NCBI GenBank assembly: GCA_036448795.1
Contig: JAZFXQ010000057.1
Coordinates: forward strand, 1-52,932
DNA from: Candidatus Margulisiibacteriota bacterium
Lineage (GTDB): Bacteria > Margulisbacteria > WOR-1 > O2-12-FULL-45-9
Reading direction: 5' to 3'
DNA length: 52,932 nucleotides
Shown: positions 1-7,917 of the stretch, piece after piece
How positions within the stretch are numbered: position 1 is the stretch's first letter
How the letters are laid out: every line of letters begins with the position of its first letter
Position numbers and translations under genes: made by a program
Notes under the pieces: model-generated
Databases searched by the model: none
Told to the model about the DNA's origin: nothing
Seen by the model: the letters and a program-made list of their open reading frames with translations, nothing else

Positions 1-60
1 GCAAGCCTTTACGCAAAGAGTACAGCCAGTACATTTATCCAGGAGCACTCGGATACTCAT
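1..60 (-). CDS. etfA: electron transfer flavoprotein alpha subunit, 5' end only (runs off window), with N-terminal 4Fe-4S ferredoxin-type segment
   Basis: Reverse-strand ATG at 58-60 overlaps the etfB stop (TAATG) and reads MSIRVLLDKCTGCTLCVKAC, a CxxCxxCxxxC cluster motif. The position directly after etfB fits etfA. Only 20 codons are visible. Confidence 0.5.
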   Translation of the reverse strand, partial: MSIRVLLDKCTGCTLCVKAC

Positions 61-842
61 TAGATTATCTTACTCTCCTTGATCTTAGAGATGAGCTTAT
101 CAACGATTTCTCCAGGCTCACCCTCCAGGATTTCCCCACTGCTCTTTGGGGGAGGAGTGAAAATTTTGATGACCTGGGTGGGGGAGCCGTCTAGCCCTAT
201 GTTTTTAAGATCTGCCTCAATATCTTCTGCTTTTAAGGTCTTAATTTCCGTTTTTTTGGCTTTCATCATCCCTTTAAGCGATGGCATGCGCGGTTCGTTA
301 ATTTGTTTTACTACCGTGATAACTGCCGGAAGGGGAGCTTCAACCACTTCGTTCACTTCTTCGAGAAGTCTTTCTACTTTTGCTTTGCTGCCGTCTATAT
401 CAATTTTAACCGCAAAGGTTACCTGTGGAATTCCCAGCCATTCGGCGATTCCAGGGCCAACCTGAGCAGTGTCTCCATCAATGGCTTGCTTTCCGCAAAG
501 AATTAGATCGTAAGTTCCTATTTTTCTGATGGTTTGGGCTAAAGTGTAAGAGGTTGCCCAGGTGTCCGAGCCAGCGAAGGCACGGTCAGAGATGAGGACG
601 ACCTCATCTACTCCCATGGCAATTGTGTTTTTTAAAGCTTCGGCCGCTTGCGGAGGCCCCATGCTGATGACGGTTATCTTTCCACCCTGTTTTTCCCTGA
701 GCTGGAGAGCGGCTTCAACCGCATTTTCATCAAAGGGGTTGACAATGGAAGGGACTCCTTCCCGTATCAAGGTGTTTGTCTCGGGATTGATCTTAACTTC
801 GGTGGTTTCCGGAACCTGTTTGATGCAGACTATAATGTTCAT
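60..842 (-). CDS. etfB: electron transfer flavoprotein beta subunit
   Basis: 260-aa ORF starting MNIIVCIKQVPE, with NPFDENAVEAAL and ILCGKQAIDGDTAQVGP, all typical of EtfB. It abuts the acyl-CoA dehydrogenase stop. Confidence 0.9.
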   Translation of the reverse strand: MNIIVCIKQVPETTEVKINPETNTLIREGVPSIVNPFDENAVEAALQLREKQGGKITVISMGPPQAAEALKNTIAMGVDEVVLISDRAFAGSDTWATSYTLAQTIRKIGTYDLILCGKQAIDGDTAQVGPGIAEWLGIPQVTFAVKIDIDGSKAKVERLLEEVNEVVEAPLPAVITVVKQINEPRMPSLKGMMKAKKTEIKTLKAEDIEADLKNIGLDGSPTQVIKIFTPPPKSSGEILEGEPGEIVDKLISKIKESKII

Positions 843-2006
843 TTACTTCTTGGCTCTGGCGCTTTCTTTGATAAGTTTTAGGGCGATCTCGTTCCTCTGG
901 ATCTGATTGGTCCCTTCATAAATTTGAGTTATTTTTGCGTCCCGCATCATTTTTTCAACCGGGTACTCCCGCATGTATCCGTATCCGCCGAGGATTTGGA
1001 CTGCCTCGGTCGTGACTTTCATGGCTGTATCGGAAGCAAAGAGCTTTGACATGGCAGATGCTCTGGTATAATCCTTTGCTCCAGAGTCGATCATTCTGGC
1101 GGTTGAATAGACCAATGCCCGAGCTGCTTCTATCTGGGTGGCCATGTCCGCCAACATGTGCTGGATAGCCTGAAGGGAAGAGATCGGTTTCCCAAACTGG
1201 ACCCTTTCCCGGCTATATTTTACGGCCTCGTCCAGCGCTCCCTGCGCGATCCCCACGGCTTGGGCCCCGATCCCCGGTCGGGTCAGGTCCAGTGTTTTCA
1301 TGGCAACGATAAAGCCCATCCCTTCTTTAGCCAGAAGCTGGCTCTTGTGAATTTTGCAATCCTGGAAGATCAGCTCCCGGGTAGCTGAGCAGCGGATACC
1401 CATTTTGTTCTCTTTTTTCCCGAAGGTAAAACCAGGGGTTCCTTTTTCGATGATAAAGGCGGATGCCCCACGGCTTCCCTTGTTTTTATCGGTTATGGTA
1501 ATCAAGGTGTAGACTTCAGCTTCTCCGCCGTTGGTGATCCATTGTTTGGTCCCGTTGATAATGTAGTGATCCCCTTCTTTTTTGGCGGTAGTTTCGATCC
1601 CACCTGCGTCTGAACCGGCGTTGGCCTCGGTTAAACCAAAGGCAGCCAGTTTTTTGCCGGCCGCAATCTCCGGCATATACTTTTTCTTTTGCTCTTCTGA
1701 TCCAAAAAGCAGGATTGGTGCGGCGCCCAAGGCAGAAGCGGCAAAGGTAACCCCGACCCCTCCGCAAACCCGGCTGATTTCTTCAGTGGCGATACAAAAA
1801 TTAAGGACGCTCTGTCCAAAGCCGCCGTACTCTTCCGGGATGTAAAGGCCGCATAGATCTGCTTCGGCAAAGGCTTTCATGAGATCCCAGGGAAACTCTT
1901 CTTTTTCATCCAGCTCGGCGCGCTTGGGAAGAACCTTTTCCACGGATACCTTGCGCGCCAAGTCCCTTATCATTTTCTGCTCTTCGCTTAAGAGATAATC
2001 AAGCAT
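843..2006 (-). CDS. acyl-CoA dehydrogenase (butyryl-CoA dehydrogenase-like)
   Basis: 387-aa ORF with the FGLTEANAGSDA, QWITNG and YEGTNQIQR motifs of the ACAD family. It is followed by etfB-etfA. Confidence 0.9.
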   Translation of the reverse strand: MLDYLLSEEQKMIRDLARKVSVEKVLPKRAELDEKEEFPWDLMKAFAEADLCGLYIPEEYGGFGQSVLNFCIATEEISRVCGGVGVTFAASALGAAPILLFGSEEQKKKYMPEIAAGKKLAAFGLTEANAGSDAGGIETTAKKEGDHYIINGTKQWITNGGEAEVYTLITITDKNKGSRGASAFIIEKGTPGFTFGKKENKMGIRCSATRELIFQDCKIHKSQLLAKEGMGFIVAMKTLDLTRPGIGAQAVGIAQGALDEAVKYSRERVQFGKPISSLQAIQHMLADMATQIEAARALVYSTARMIDSGAKDYTRASAMSKLFASDTAMKVTTEAVQILGGYGYMREYPVEKMMRDAKITQIYEGTNQIQRNEIALKLIKESARAKK

Positions 2007-2060
2007 TTATACACCCCATCTTATAACATTTACTTTTTCTTTTGGCAATCCCATTTTTAG

Positions 2061-3050
2061 CTATGTTTTTACTCCTAGTTTCGAGAAGCAGCTGACCATA
2101 TCTTCTTTGACTGCCTCGGCGGTTTCTCGAATGGCATTTTTGAAGGCCTGTGCTTTGGCGCGGCCGTGGGCTTTAAATACCACCCCTGAGATACCAAGCA
2201 GGGGTGCGCCTCCGTATTCATCATAGGTTATCGTTTTCCGAAGTTTTCGCAGGCTGGGGTAAAGCAAGGCCAAGCCAATCTTGTTCATGATCCCTTTGGA
2301 AAGTTCGTTTTTCAAAAGTTGAAAGACAGCTCCACTAATGGATTCCCCGAACTTCAAAATTAAGTTCCCCACAAACCCGTCGCATACGATCACATCTGCT
2401 TTGCCCTTAAGAATTTCTTTGGATTCTACGTTTCCAATAAAGTTGATAGGGGTCTGTTTAAGCAGGGGCCAGGCTTGGCGGGTTAACTCGTTTCCTTTTT
2501 CCTTCTCTTCTCCGATGTTTAGAAGTCCTACTCTTGGATTATCGATATGCAAGACATGCTGAGCGTAGAGGCTTCCCATTTCTGCGAATTGTTTCAAATT
2601 TTTAGGTTTGCAGTCAACGTTTGCTCCCATGTCCAGGAGCAAGACTTTGCCGGTAGGGAGTGGGAATTCCGTGGCAATGGCTGGCCGCTCAACTCCTGGA
2701 ATCCTTCCCAGCTTAAAAAGGGCAGCCGCCATAAGCGCCCCTGTGTTCCCACCAGAAACAACCGCGTCAGCTTTGCCATTTTTAACTAAGGAGACAGCGA
2801 CATTGATGGAAGCGTCCTTCTTTTGCTTAACTGCCTGAGCCGGGGGTTCGTCCATTTCAATCACTTCTGATGCCGCCACTACCGGAAGCTTCCCCTTCTC
2901 TTTATACTTTTTGAGCTCTCGGGATAATTTTTCCGGGTTGCCGACCAGTACGATCTCAACCGGCAATTCTTGGCTTGCATGTACCGCACCCTTTACGATT
3001 TCAAGCGGAGCAAAGTCTCCGCCCATCGCATCCACTGCGATCCTAATCAC
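2061..3050 (-). CDS. plsX: phosphate acyltransferase PlsX
   Basis: 329-aa ORF with IAVDAMGGDFAP, VSGGNTGA and GFVGN motifs, in the conserved yceD-rpmF-plsX order. Confidence 0.92.
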   Translation of the reverse strand: MIRIAVDAMGGDFAPLEIVKGAVHASQELPVEIVLVGNPEKLSRELKKYKEKGKLPVVAASEVIEMDEPPAQAVKQKKDASINVAVSLVKNGKADAVVSGGNTGALMAAALFKLGRIPGVERPAIATEFPLPTGKVLLLDMGANVDCKPKNLKQFAEMGSLYAQHVLHIDNPRVGLLNIGEEKEKGNELTRQAWPLLKQTPINFIGNVESKEILKGKADVIVCDGFVGNLILKFGESISGAVFQLLKNELSKGIMNKIGLALLYPSLRKLRKTITYDEYGGAPLLGISGVVFKAHGRAKAQAFKNAIRETAEAVKEDMVSCFSKLGVKT

Positions 3051-3263
3051 TTACTCTTTCTCCTTTTTACCCTTTCCCTTTTTTTCTTTCATTTTGATGA
3101 TGGGCTGGCCTTTGTATTTGCCGCAGGCAGGACAGGCATGGTGGGAGAGAATGGGGGCTCCGCATTCGGGACAGCGGCTGAGGTTGACCGGAGAGAGTCT
3201 ATAATTCGAAAATCTCCTTTTTCCCTGACGGACGTTTGAGTGTCTTTTTTTCGGCATGGGCAT
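3051..3263 (-). CDS. rpmF: 50S ribosomal protein L32 with Lys/Glu-rich C-terminal tail
   Basis: Starts MPMPKKRHSNVRQGKRR and has a CPECG...CPACG zinc ribbon. Its stop abuts the plsX start. Confidence 0.9.
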   Translation of the reverse strand: MPMPKKRHSNVRQGKRRFSNYRLSPVNLSRCPECGAPILSHHACPACGKYKGQPIIKMKEKKGKGKKEKE

Positions 3264-3266
3264 GGC

Positions 3267-3710
3267 TTATTCTCCTTTTGTTTGTGTCGGGATCCCCGTG
3301 CAGTCCGGCGAACACAAAGTCTTTATGGGTATGGCCAGCAAGAGATTTTGTCTGATCACTTCAGTAAGGTCGATGCTGTTATCCTTTTCAATTGGATAGA
3401 TAAAATCCGCTTCCTTTAGCTCAGTTTCTCCGCCGCCCTTGAATTCGGTCGGTCTTCTGGAAAATTCCTCCTCGATTTCAACCGCAAGAGGATATTTAAA
3501 AGTTTTCAGGCATCTTGAGCATTCCAGCTCGATTTCAGTTTCAACCCGTCCCTTTACCAGAACCGAAGCGCCGGTACTTACAAGATGCAGCCTTATTTTG
3601 GCCGGCTTGGTCAGGCTGAAGTCATCTTCCGGGTACCTTAATTTTTCAGCCTGCTCCAGGTCTGCCTCGTTCCCAACCTTCTGCAGCAGCTCGGTAAGGT
3701 CAATTTTCAC
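3267..3710 (-). CDS. DUF177/YceD-family protein
   Basis: 147-aa acidic protein with CSRCL...CSPDC cysteine pairs, immediately upstream of rpmF as in most bacteria. The start codon is GTG. Confidence 0.75.
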   Translation of the reverse strand: MKIDLTELLQKVGNEADLEQAEKLRYPEDDFSLTKPAKIRLHLVSTGASVLVKGRVETEIELECSRCLKTFKYPLAVEIEEEFSRRPTEFKGGGETELKEADFIYPIEKDNSIDLTEVIRQNLLLAIPIKTLCSPDCTGIPTQTKGE

Positions 3711-3721
3711 AACAAGGGGTA

Positions 3722-3751
3722 ATTATACTTGATTTTGGGAAGGCTTGTCAA
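3722..3751 (-). promoter_or_regulatory. candidate sigma70 promoter for yceD-rpmF-plsX
   Basis: Reverse strand reads TTGACA (3751-3746), an 18-nt spacer, then TATAAT (3727-3722). The -10 lies only 11 nt from the GTG at 3710, and the -35 overlaps the recombinase stop codon. Confidence 0.35.
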
Positions 3752-4635
3752 CGACCGGACCGGGGGTGAGCCGCGTCATAGACCTCTTTGAGGCGCTCTT
3801 TGGTGATATGAGTGTAGACCTGAGTGGTGGAAAGCGAGACATGTCCCAGAAGCTCCTGGACCATTCTGAGATCTGCTCCGCCAGAGAGCAAATGGGTGGC
3901 AAAAGAATGGCGCAGGGTGTGGGGGGTCACTTTTTTATTAAGCCCAGCTTTTTTGGCATAAAAAGTGATCATTCGCTCCACCGAACGGGGGGTCAAGCGG
4001 CCTCCCCGGCGGTTAATAAAAAGAGCTGGCATCTTTTTGCCTGAGATCAAGTGAGATCGTCCTTCTTTTATATATTTATGTAAAGCAGCTCGGGCGTGGG
4101 ATCCAAAGAGGACAATCCGCTCTTTGGACCCTTTTCCTAAGACCTTGATCTCGCCCTCATCGAAATCAATGTCATTCATGTTCATTCCAATGATTTCGGC
4201 CACACGCAGTCCCGTCCCGTAGATAACCTCAAGAATCGCTCGATCCCGCAAGCCCTGTGGCGATTTCTGGTCAGGGGCTTCCAGCAAGGATTTTAACTCT
4301 TCCGGATAGAGGAAGTTTGGAAGTTTTCGTGGCAGCTTTGGGGTCAGCAGATTTTGAAAAGGATCTTGCTCGACCAGCTTCTCGCGTATCAAAAAGCGAA
4401 AAAAAGAGCGTGCCGAGGAGAGCTTGCGGGCGATTGATCTTCGGGAATATCTTTTCTTTTCGAGTGCCAGAAGATAATCTCTGGCGGCAGAGCGATCTGT
4501 CTTTTTGCCTTTTAGAAAATTAGTCAGGAACCTAAGGTCTCGCTCATAGTTGCTGATAGTATGTGAGGAATAATTGCGCTCGGTTTTGAGAAAATTAATA
4601 AATTTGCAAATCAGTTCCTTCTTAAAAAAATTCAA
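3748..4635 (-). CDS. tyrosine site-specific recombinase, XerC/XerD type
   Basis: 295 aa with an N-terminal SAM-like core-binding domain. C-terminal HTLRHSFATHLL, GADLRMVQELLGH and TTQVYTH supply the R-H-R-Y catalytic residues. Confidence 0.85.
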   Translation of the reverse strand: MNFFKKELICKFINFLKTERNYSSHTISNYERDLRFLTNFLKGKKTDRSAARDYLLALEKKRYSRRSIARKLSSARSFFRFLIREKLVEQDPFQNLLTPKLPRKLPNFLYPEELKSLLEAPDQKSPQGLRDRAILEVIYGTGLRVAEIIGMNMNDIDFDEGEIKVLGKGSKERIVLFGSHARAALHKYIKEGRSHLISGKKMPALFINRRGGRLTPRSVERMITFYAKKAGLNKKVTPHTLRHSFATHLLSGGADLRMVQELLGHVSLSTTQVYTHITKERLKEVYDAAHPRSGR

Positions 4636-4649
4636 AATAATTTCTCCTT

Positions 4650-6173
4650 TTACAGCCCTTCCCCTGTGCCTTGAGCGTCCTTCAATTTGTTTTGCTTGTA
4701 ATAAAGCAGCCTGAGATTAAAGCAAACATTGTTATTTGAAGGATTAATTGCTAGTTCTTTCCGAAATTCCTCTTCGGCTTTTTTGAACATATTTTTCTTC
4801 ATATAAACAAGTCCCAAATTATTGTGAACCATTGGTTCTTGGGGGTTTAGTTCAAGAGATTTTTTGTATTTTGATTCAGCTTTATCTGGTTGTTCCTCTA
4901 AATAATACATTGTGCCCAGGTTTCGGTGGGCCAGTGATGAATGGGGTGAAGTCTTGACAGCATTTTCCCAGAAGTTTAATCTGTTTTTGAAGTTTTTGCT
5001 ATGGTTAAAAGTTATTATTGTTAAAAGGACAAGGACGATCACCGCTCCCAAAATTGGCGAACTATTTTTTTTCGCACTTAAATTTTTTATCATGTCAGTT
5101 TCTAGCAAAATGATAATAAAGCCAATGATGGGCAAATAAATTCTGTGTTCTATAAAGTAAGCGACGATTGCCGGATTTGGTTGAATAAAGGAGGGTAGCA
5201 GGAAAAGAATAAACCAAAACGATCCAAAAATAATGAAATTATAACATTTGTTTTTTGAGAGAAAGAGAGCGATGGTTAAAAGAGTTATTGCAATAAATCC
5301 GTAAACAAAGGTTGTGTCTTGAATTATGGGTAAAACCGACAAATTAAAAGGCAGAAGAATTTTGCCAATGTATTGAATAATTGCAGGGAGGTTCCCCAGC
5401 AAAGATCTTACCATGTTAGAGGGCGTCATTTTTATTGGATTTGCTAGAGCAGCATGCCGAAGGAAAAACCAAAGAGTTATTATGGTAAACCAACCTATTG
5501 CAAACAATTTTTCGGTAGAAGAGAATAACCTCTCTTTTGTGATCAAATGAAGATATAAAACACACATTATGATCAAAACAAGGGCGGATTCTTTTGTAAA
5601 AAGCGCTAGGGCGAAAAAAAGCAAGTGCCACAAATAAGATTTCCCATTTTTAGTTTCTAAAAAATTCAAAAACGAGATAAAAGCCATGAGTATAAAAATG
5701 GTCAGCAACGAATCATTTCTTCCTGGAATCCAGGCTACTGCTTGCGTTAATACTGGATGAACAGTAAAGACTAAAGAAAAAAATAATGCCAGCTCTTTTC
5801 TATACTTTAGCTTTATCAAAAACATAAAAAGCAGGCAGGCAGCTAAGAGATGGATATTTATATTTGTGAAATGATAGATAAAAGGAGAGGCACCCCCTAA
5901 TTGTGCATCCAGCATAAAGGATATGGTCAGTAAAGGACGATAATAGGCCTCAAAACACTGGGACGAATGAAATGCGTCTTGCCTAAATACTTGAAAGACA
6001 TTTGATGAACTGGTTAAAAAAGGAAGTTTTTCTAAAATTAAGATGTTATCGTCTAAATAAGTGAAATTAAAAAACAGGGTCTGTGAATATAGGAGCAAGC
6101 CTATGAAAATTATCCAAAAATAGGGATGCCAGGTTTTTAAAAATGTTTCTTCAACCCAGTTTCCTTTTGACAT
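4650..6173 (-). CDS. multi-pass membrane protein with C-terminal TPR repeats (TMTC/DUF1736-like putative glycosyltransferase)
   Basis: About 10 hydrophobic segments, an HPVLTQAVAWIPGRNDSL motif, and C-terminal TPR units (AHRNLGTMYY.., HNNLGLVYMK..). The gene is visibly more AT-rich than its neighbours. Confidence 0.65.
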   Translation of the reverse strand: MSKGNWVEETFLKTWHPYFWIIFIGLLLYSQTLFFNFTYLDDNILILEKLPFLTSSSNVFQVFRQDAFHSSQCFEAYYRPLLTISFMLDAQLGGASPFIYHFTNINIHLLAACLLFMFLIKLKYRKELALFFSLVFTVHPVLTQAVAWIPGRNDSLLTIFILMAFISFLNFLETKNGKSYLWHLLFFALALFTKESALVLIIMCVLYLHLITKERLFSSTEKLFAIGWFTIITLWFFLRHAALANPIKMTPSNMVRSLLGNLPAIIQYIGKILLPFNLSVLPIIQDTTFVYGFIAITLLTIALFLSKNKCYNFIIFGSFWFILFLLPSFIQPNPAIVAYFIEHRIYLPIIGFIIILLETDMIKNLSAKKNSSPILGAVIVLVLLTIITFNHSKNFKNRLNFWENAVKTSPHSSLAHRNLGTMYYLEEQPDKAESKYKKSLELNPQEPMVHNNLGLVYMKKNMFKKAEEEFRKELAINPSNNNVCFNLRLLYYKQNKLKDAQGTGEGL

Positions 6174-6179
6174 GTTTTA

Positions 6180-6602
6180 TTAGAGGCCGTACTTAGCTCT
6201 TTTGTCCGAGGTGAGCGGAAAATAGTCATTTCCTTCTTTGACAAATCTTACTGGATCGCCCGGCCGGGTATCGATATGGATCCATTTTTCCTTGGGGTAG
6301 AAACCGACTCCCCGCAGCTCGGGGATAGTTTCAGTGTACTTGAATAATTCCTGCGGAGAAACGCCTTCTATCATGATATGGGCGGCTTTTCCCATGGTAT
6401 GGAAGCTTCTCTTGGGCTTGTTTAATTTTTCGTAGTAGGCATCACACCAGTAGGCCGAGAGAATTCTTACCTTTTTTCTGAAGTGTCCGCCAATCTGCTC
6501 CAGCGCTCCCGCCAGTCCCAGATGTATCCGGTATTCTCCTTTGCATTCCGGGCAGCGGCAGGCAAAGTCTTTGTGGTTAAAGTGTTCGCTCAGATTCCCC
6601 AT
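6180..6602 (-). CDS. peptidase M15A / DUF882-like zinc D,D-peptidase
   Basis: 140 aa with HFNHKDFACRCPEC, then SAYWC.., H..G.A.D-like and WIHIDTR motifs typical of YcbK/M15A proteins. A TATAAT (6617-6612 on the reverse strand) lies 9 nt from the ATG with no SD. Confidence 0.65.
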   Translation of the reverse strand: MGNLSEHFNHKDFACRCPECKGEYRIHLGLAGALEQIGGHFRKKVRILSAYWCDAYYEKLNKPKRSFHTMGKAAHIMIEGVSPQELFKYTETIPELRGVGFYPKEKWIHIDTRPGDPVRFVKEGNDYFPLTSDKRAKYGL

Positions 6603-6628
6603 CTAAGCATTATTATATATTTTTTCTA

Positions 6629-6657
6629 TTGACAACGCAAACCAGGATAGATATACT
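6629..6657 (+). promoter_or_regulatory. sigma70-type promoter of metK
   Basis: TTGACA (6629-6634), a 17-nt spacer, then TATACT (6652-6657). It is followed by a leader carrying a 20-nt palindrome and the SD GGGAGGAG. Confidence 0.55.
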
Positions 6658-6720
6658 TTGGCATATTTTCCGGTCCGCTCGCCTGCCTGCCGGCAGGCAG
6701 GTATGAGGGAGGAGAAAAAA

Positions 6721-7917
6721 ATGAAGAAACGATACCTTTTTACCTCAGAATCTGTCACCGAAGGCCACCCCGACAAAATGTGCGATCAGATCTCGGATGC
6801 CATACTTGACGCCATTATGGAAAGGGACCCGCCCGGACGCGTTGCGGTTGAAACCCTGGTTACCAATGGAACCTGTGTGGTTGCCGGGGAAATCACAACC
6901 GGGTGCTATATTGAGATTCCTCAGATTGTCAGAAATACCATCAAGGAGATCGGCTATACCCGTGCCAAATACGGCTTTGATTATGAAACCTGCGGAGTGA
7001 TGCTCGCAATCCAGGGACAGTCCAAAGATATTGCCCGCGGCGTTGACAAGGCCCTGGAGATCAAAGGCGGGGAGGTCGTCAAAGAGGATTTGGAAGGGTT
7101 GGGGGCAGGGGACCAGGGATTGATGTTCGGATTTGCCTGTGATGAAACCGAAGAACTTATGCCGTTACCCATTACCCTGGCGCACAAATTGGCCAAAAAA
7201 TTAGCTGAGGTCCGCAAAACCGGTGAACTTTCCTACCTGCGTCCGGACGGCAAGTCTCAGGTTACCATCGAGTATGAAGATGATAGGCCGCTCAGGGTCC
7301 ATACCGCCTTGATTGCTGCCCAACACTCGCCTGATGTAGCCGTGGAAAAAATCAAACAAGATATCATTGAGCGTGTGATTCTGCCAACCCTTCCGGGAAA
7401 GTTGGTGGATGATAAGATTAAATATTATGTTAATCCCACGGGAAGATTTGTGATCGGGGGACCGCAAGGAGATACCGGCGTCACTGGAAGAAAGATCATT
7501 GTGGATACCTACGGCGGATACTCACGGCATGGAGGAGGGTGCTTTTCTGGCAAAGATCCGACCAAAGTGGATCGTTCAGGTACCTATGCCGCACGCTGGG
7601 TGGCCAAGAATATTTTGGCGGCCGGACTGGCAAAAAAGTGCGAGGTCCAGATTGCTTACGCCATTGGGATTGCCAGACCGCTTTCTGTTATGGTGGATAC
7701 CTTTGGCACCGGGGAAATACCGGATACCAAGATCGCAAAATTAGTGGATGATACTTTTGACCTGCGCCCCGGTCTGATTATTAAGAACCTGAAACTGCGC
7801 CGACCGCTTTATAAGCAGGTGGCTGCCTACGGGCACTTTGGCAGATTGGATCTGGATTTGCCCTGGGAAAAAACAGATAAAGCAGCTGAGTTAAAGAAAA
7901 AAGCCAGTCGGCCGTAA
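6721..7917 (+). CDS. metK: S-adenosylmethionine synthetase
   Basis: Contains [30 protein letters not shown] and [14 protein letters not shown]-like motifs. I chose the ATG at 6721, which has GGGAGGAG 6 nt upstream, over the ORF-track start at 6658. Confidence 0.93.
   Translation: MKKRYLFTSESVTEGHPDKMCDQISDAILDAIMERDPPGRVAVETLVTNGTCVVAGEITTGCYIEIPQIVRNTIKEIGYTRAKYGFDYETCGVMLAIQGQSKDIARGVDKALEIKGGEVVKEDLEGLGAGDQGLMFGFACDETEELMPLPITLAHKLAKKLAEVRKTGELSYLRPDGKSQVTIEYEDDRPLRVHTALIAAQHSPDVAVEKIKQDIIERVILPTLPGKLVDDKIKYYVNPTGRFVIGGPQGDTGVTGRKIIVDTYGGYSRHGGGCFSGKDPTKVDRSGTYAARWVAKNILAAGLAKKCEVQIAYAIGIARPLSVMVDTFGTGEIPDTKIAKLVDDTFDLRPGLIIKNLKLRRPLYKQVAAYGHFGRLDLDLPWEKTDKAAELKKKASRP

Noticed and set aside
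3748-4635. Tyrosine recombinase as an integrase marking a mobile element or integron
   Set aside because: It has the XerC/XerD-like size and motifs, housekeeping neighbours, no flanking direct repeats, no tRNA, and no attC-type array. The hairpins at 29176 and 30203 are 25 kb away.
6658-6720. ORF-track N-terminal extension of metK ([21 protein letters not shown])
   Set aside because: It would start 1 nt after the -10 hexamer and read through the leader palindrome and the SD. MetK homologs begin near [11 protein letters not shown], and ATG 6721 has GGGAGGAG upstream.
6603-6720. SAM riboswitch upstream of metK
   Set aside because: The leader from the predicted TSS is only about 55 nt and contains a single simple hairpin. 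There is no multi-helix S-box-like architecture.
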